A DNA stretch of 30,145 nucleotides from Methanothrix sp. (GTDB lineage: Archaea; Halobacteriota; Methanosarcinia; Methanotrichales; Methanotrichaceae), in the NCBI GenBank assembly GCA_037128175.1, contig JBAXWY010000033.1:1-30145 (forward strand). Reading direction: 5' to 3'. A program made the translations under genes and the position numbers. Numbering within the stretch: position 1 is the first letter of the stretch; the number at the start of each line of letters is the position of its first letter. Under the pieces are notes generated by a model. The model searched no databases and was not told the DNA's origin. It saw nothing but the letters and a program-made list of their open reading frames with translations. This document shows positions 28,891 to 30,145 of the stretch, piece by piece.

Positions 28891-29826
28891 ATGCCTGGCA
28901 TGATGGTGGACTCCTTTGGCCGAAAAGTCACGGGTCTTCGGATCGCTCTTACTCCTCGCTGCAATCTTAATTGCGTTTACTGCCACCACGAGGGCGAGGC
29001 AAAGCCCAATGGCGAGATCTCGGATGAGATGGTGGTGAGCGTTGCCCACGCTGCTGCTCATCTTGGCATTCGCTCCCTGAAGTTCACGGGCGGAGAGCCC
29101 CTCCTCCGCCGCGGCTTAGCGGGGCTGATAGCAAAGATGCCCCAGGACCTGGACATCTCCCTAACGACGAACGGCATTTTCCTGGCCGAGCAGGCCGGGC
29201 CACTAGCGAAAGCGGGGCTGGACCGGGTTAATGTGAGCCTGGACTCGCTCTGGCCCCAGACCTACCGGTCCATCACCGGTGGCATGGAAGGCGACCTGGA
29301 GAAGGTCCTGGCGGGAATTGATGCCGCCAGGGCTGCGGCCCTGGAGCCGATCAAGCTGAATGTGGTGGTCTTGAAGGAGAACGAGGCCGAGATTCCTGAT
29401 TTGATTGATTTTTGCAGGGAGAAGGGCCTGATACTACAGCTCATTGAGCTCTTGGATCTGCGGCACATGGGTATCTCGGGAGACATCGATGCCATCGAGC
29501 GCCGCCTTGCGGCGCAGGCGGACCGTGTGCGCACGCGGGAGATGCACCGGCGCAAGAAATACTTCCTGGATGGAGCAGAGGTGGAGGTAGTGCGGCCCAT
29601 GGACAACACCGAGTTTTGCGCCAACTGCACGCGTCTGCGCGTCACCTCGGACGGAAAGATCAAGCCCTGCTTGCTTCGGAGCGACAATCTGGTGGAGATC
29701 GGTACCTGCGACTGCGAGAAGATTATGGAGCTGCTGCAAGAGGCGAATAAGAGGAGAGAGCCGTATTTTGGGAAAGATGTTTTGCAGGCCAGGGGATCGG
29801 CTTTGGTTGTGCCCAGGATCGGATAA
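28891..29826 (+). CDS. moaA: GTP 3',8-cyclase (molybdenum/tungsten cofactor biosynthesis)
   Basis: DSFGR...LRIALTPRCNLNCVYCHHEG, KFTGGEPLLR, TTNG, RVNVSLDSL, and the C-terminal cluster FCANCTRLRVTSDGKIKPCLL. Confidence 0.96.
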   Translation: MPGMMVDSFGRKVTGLRIALTPRCNLNCVYCHHEGEAKPNGEISDEMVVSVAHAAAHLGIRSLKFTGGEPLLRRGLAGLIAKMPQDLDISLTTNGIFLAEQAGPLAKAGLDRVNVSLDSLWPQTYRSITGGMEGDLEKVLAGIDAARAAALEPIKLNVVVLKENEAEIPDLIDFCREKGLILQLIELLDLRHMGISGDIDAIERRLAAQADRVRTREMHRRKKYFLDGAEVEVVRPMDNTEFCANCTRLRVTSDGKIKPCLLRSDNLVEIGTCDCEKIMELLQEANKRREPYFGKDVLQARGSALVVPRIG

Positions 29827-29870
29827 TCTTTGTTCCCCACGGTATCAAGCAGTAATATATTAATAAAGTC

Positions 29871-30021
29871 CTCTGTGAGTTCTCCGTGCGCTCTGTGTCT
29901 CTGTGGTGGTTGTAGTTCGAAACCATTGGTTATAACCAGCTGCTAACGACGTTTCCACCACAGAGACACTACAGTTCACAGAAGGACGCACAGAGCGACG
30001 AACTAACAAGCTGACTGGAAA
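29871..30021. repeat. Dispersed palindromic (REP/MITE-like) element, copy B (best preserved)
   Basis: Left arm 29871-29909 and right arm 29955-29995 are inverted, with a perfect 15-bp core (GTGTCTCTGTGGTGG / CCACCACAGAGACAC). There is a central perfect palindrome TGGTTATAACCA at 29927-29938. Collinear with 5592-5735. Confidence 0.9.
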
Positions 30022-30131
30022 TAGCGAAGAGCCACATTCTTGTTATTGATCTATGGCGGCTCTCGACCGCCAACTACAAATATCTATAACGATTATATAC
30101 ATAGTTTGCCGCTTCATGCCATTGAATAGGG

Positions 30132-30145
30132 TGGCGGGCGTGCCG
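30132..30145 (-). tRNA. Possible 3' end of a tRNA gene running off the window edge
   Basis: The minus strand reads CGG-CACGCCC-G-CCA, which fits end of T-stem, 7-nt acceptor strand, discriminator G and CCA. Only 14 nt are visible. Confidence 0.3.

Noticed and set aside
29871-30021. Repeat units considered as a CRISPR array
   Set aside because: The units are 7-9 bp, degenerate and arranged as inverted arms. There is no regular repeat-spacer periodicity and no cas gene.

Overview
A 30 kb gene-dense chromosomal segment of a methanogenic archaeon. The organism is most likely Methanothrix (Methanosaeta), inferred from the archaeal-type ThrRS, Cdc48, RNase HI and the MJ1487-like radical SAM enzyme. 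Housekeeping blocks lie at both ends: adenine deaminase, cdc48-PRC barrel, two tandem cyclophilins, thrS and a YgiQ radical SAM on the left; a P-type ATPase, RNase HI, an NDH-2-like flavoprotein, a B12-binding radical SAM and moaA on the right. Between them is a patchy accessory stretch (about 11.5-22.7 kb) holding an intact MNT-HEPN toxin-antitoxin pair, an EEP nuclease, a DUF6009-like gene, a metallo-beta-lactamase-fold hydrolase, a NikMNQO-type ECF transporter and several orphan or secreted proteins. Several things are not captured by the ORF track: (1) a dispersed intergenic family of about 110-150 bp imperfect palindromic elements built on ACCACAGAGACACAGAG-like units (three two-armed copies plus one lone arm, with no mobilising gene in the window); (2) two decayed toxin-antitoxin loci, a hicB with an internal TGA followed by an 11-codon hicA stub, and a 31-codon HepT/DUF86 fragment wedged between two housekeeping genes; (3) a very GC-rich frameshifted fragment inside AT-rich DNA; (4) a possible tRNA 3' end at the right edge. 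No CRISPR array, rRNA, integrase or transposase is visible. All protein calls come from motif recognition by eye, not from database searches.
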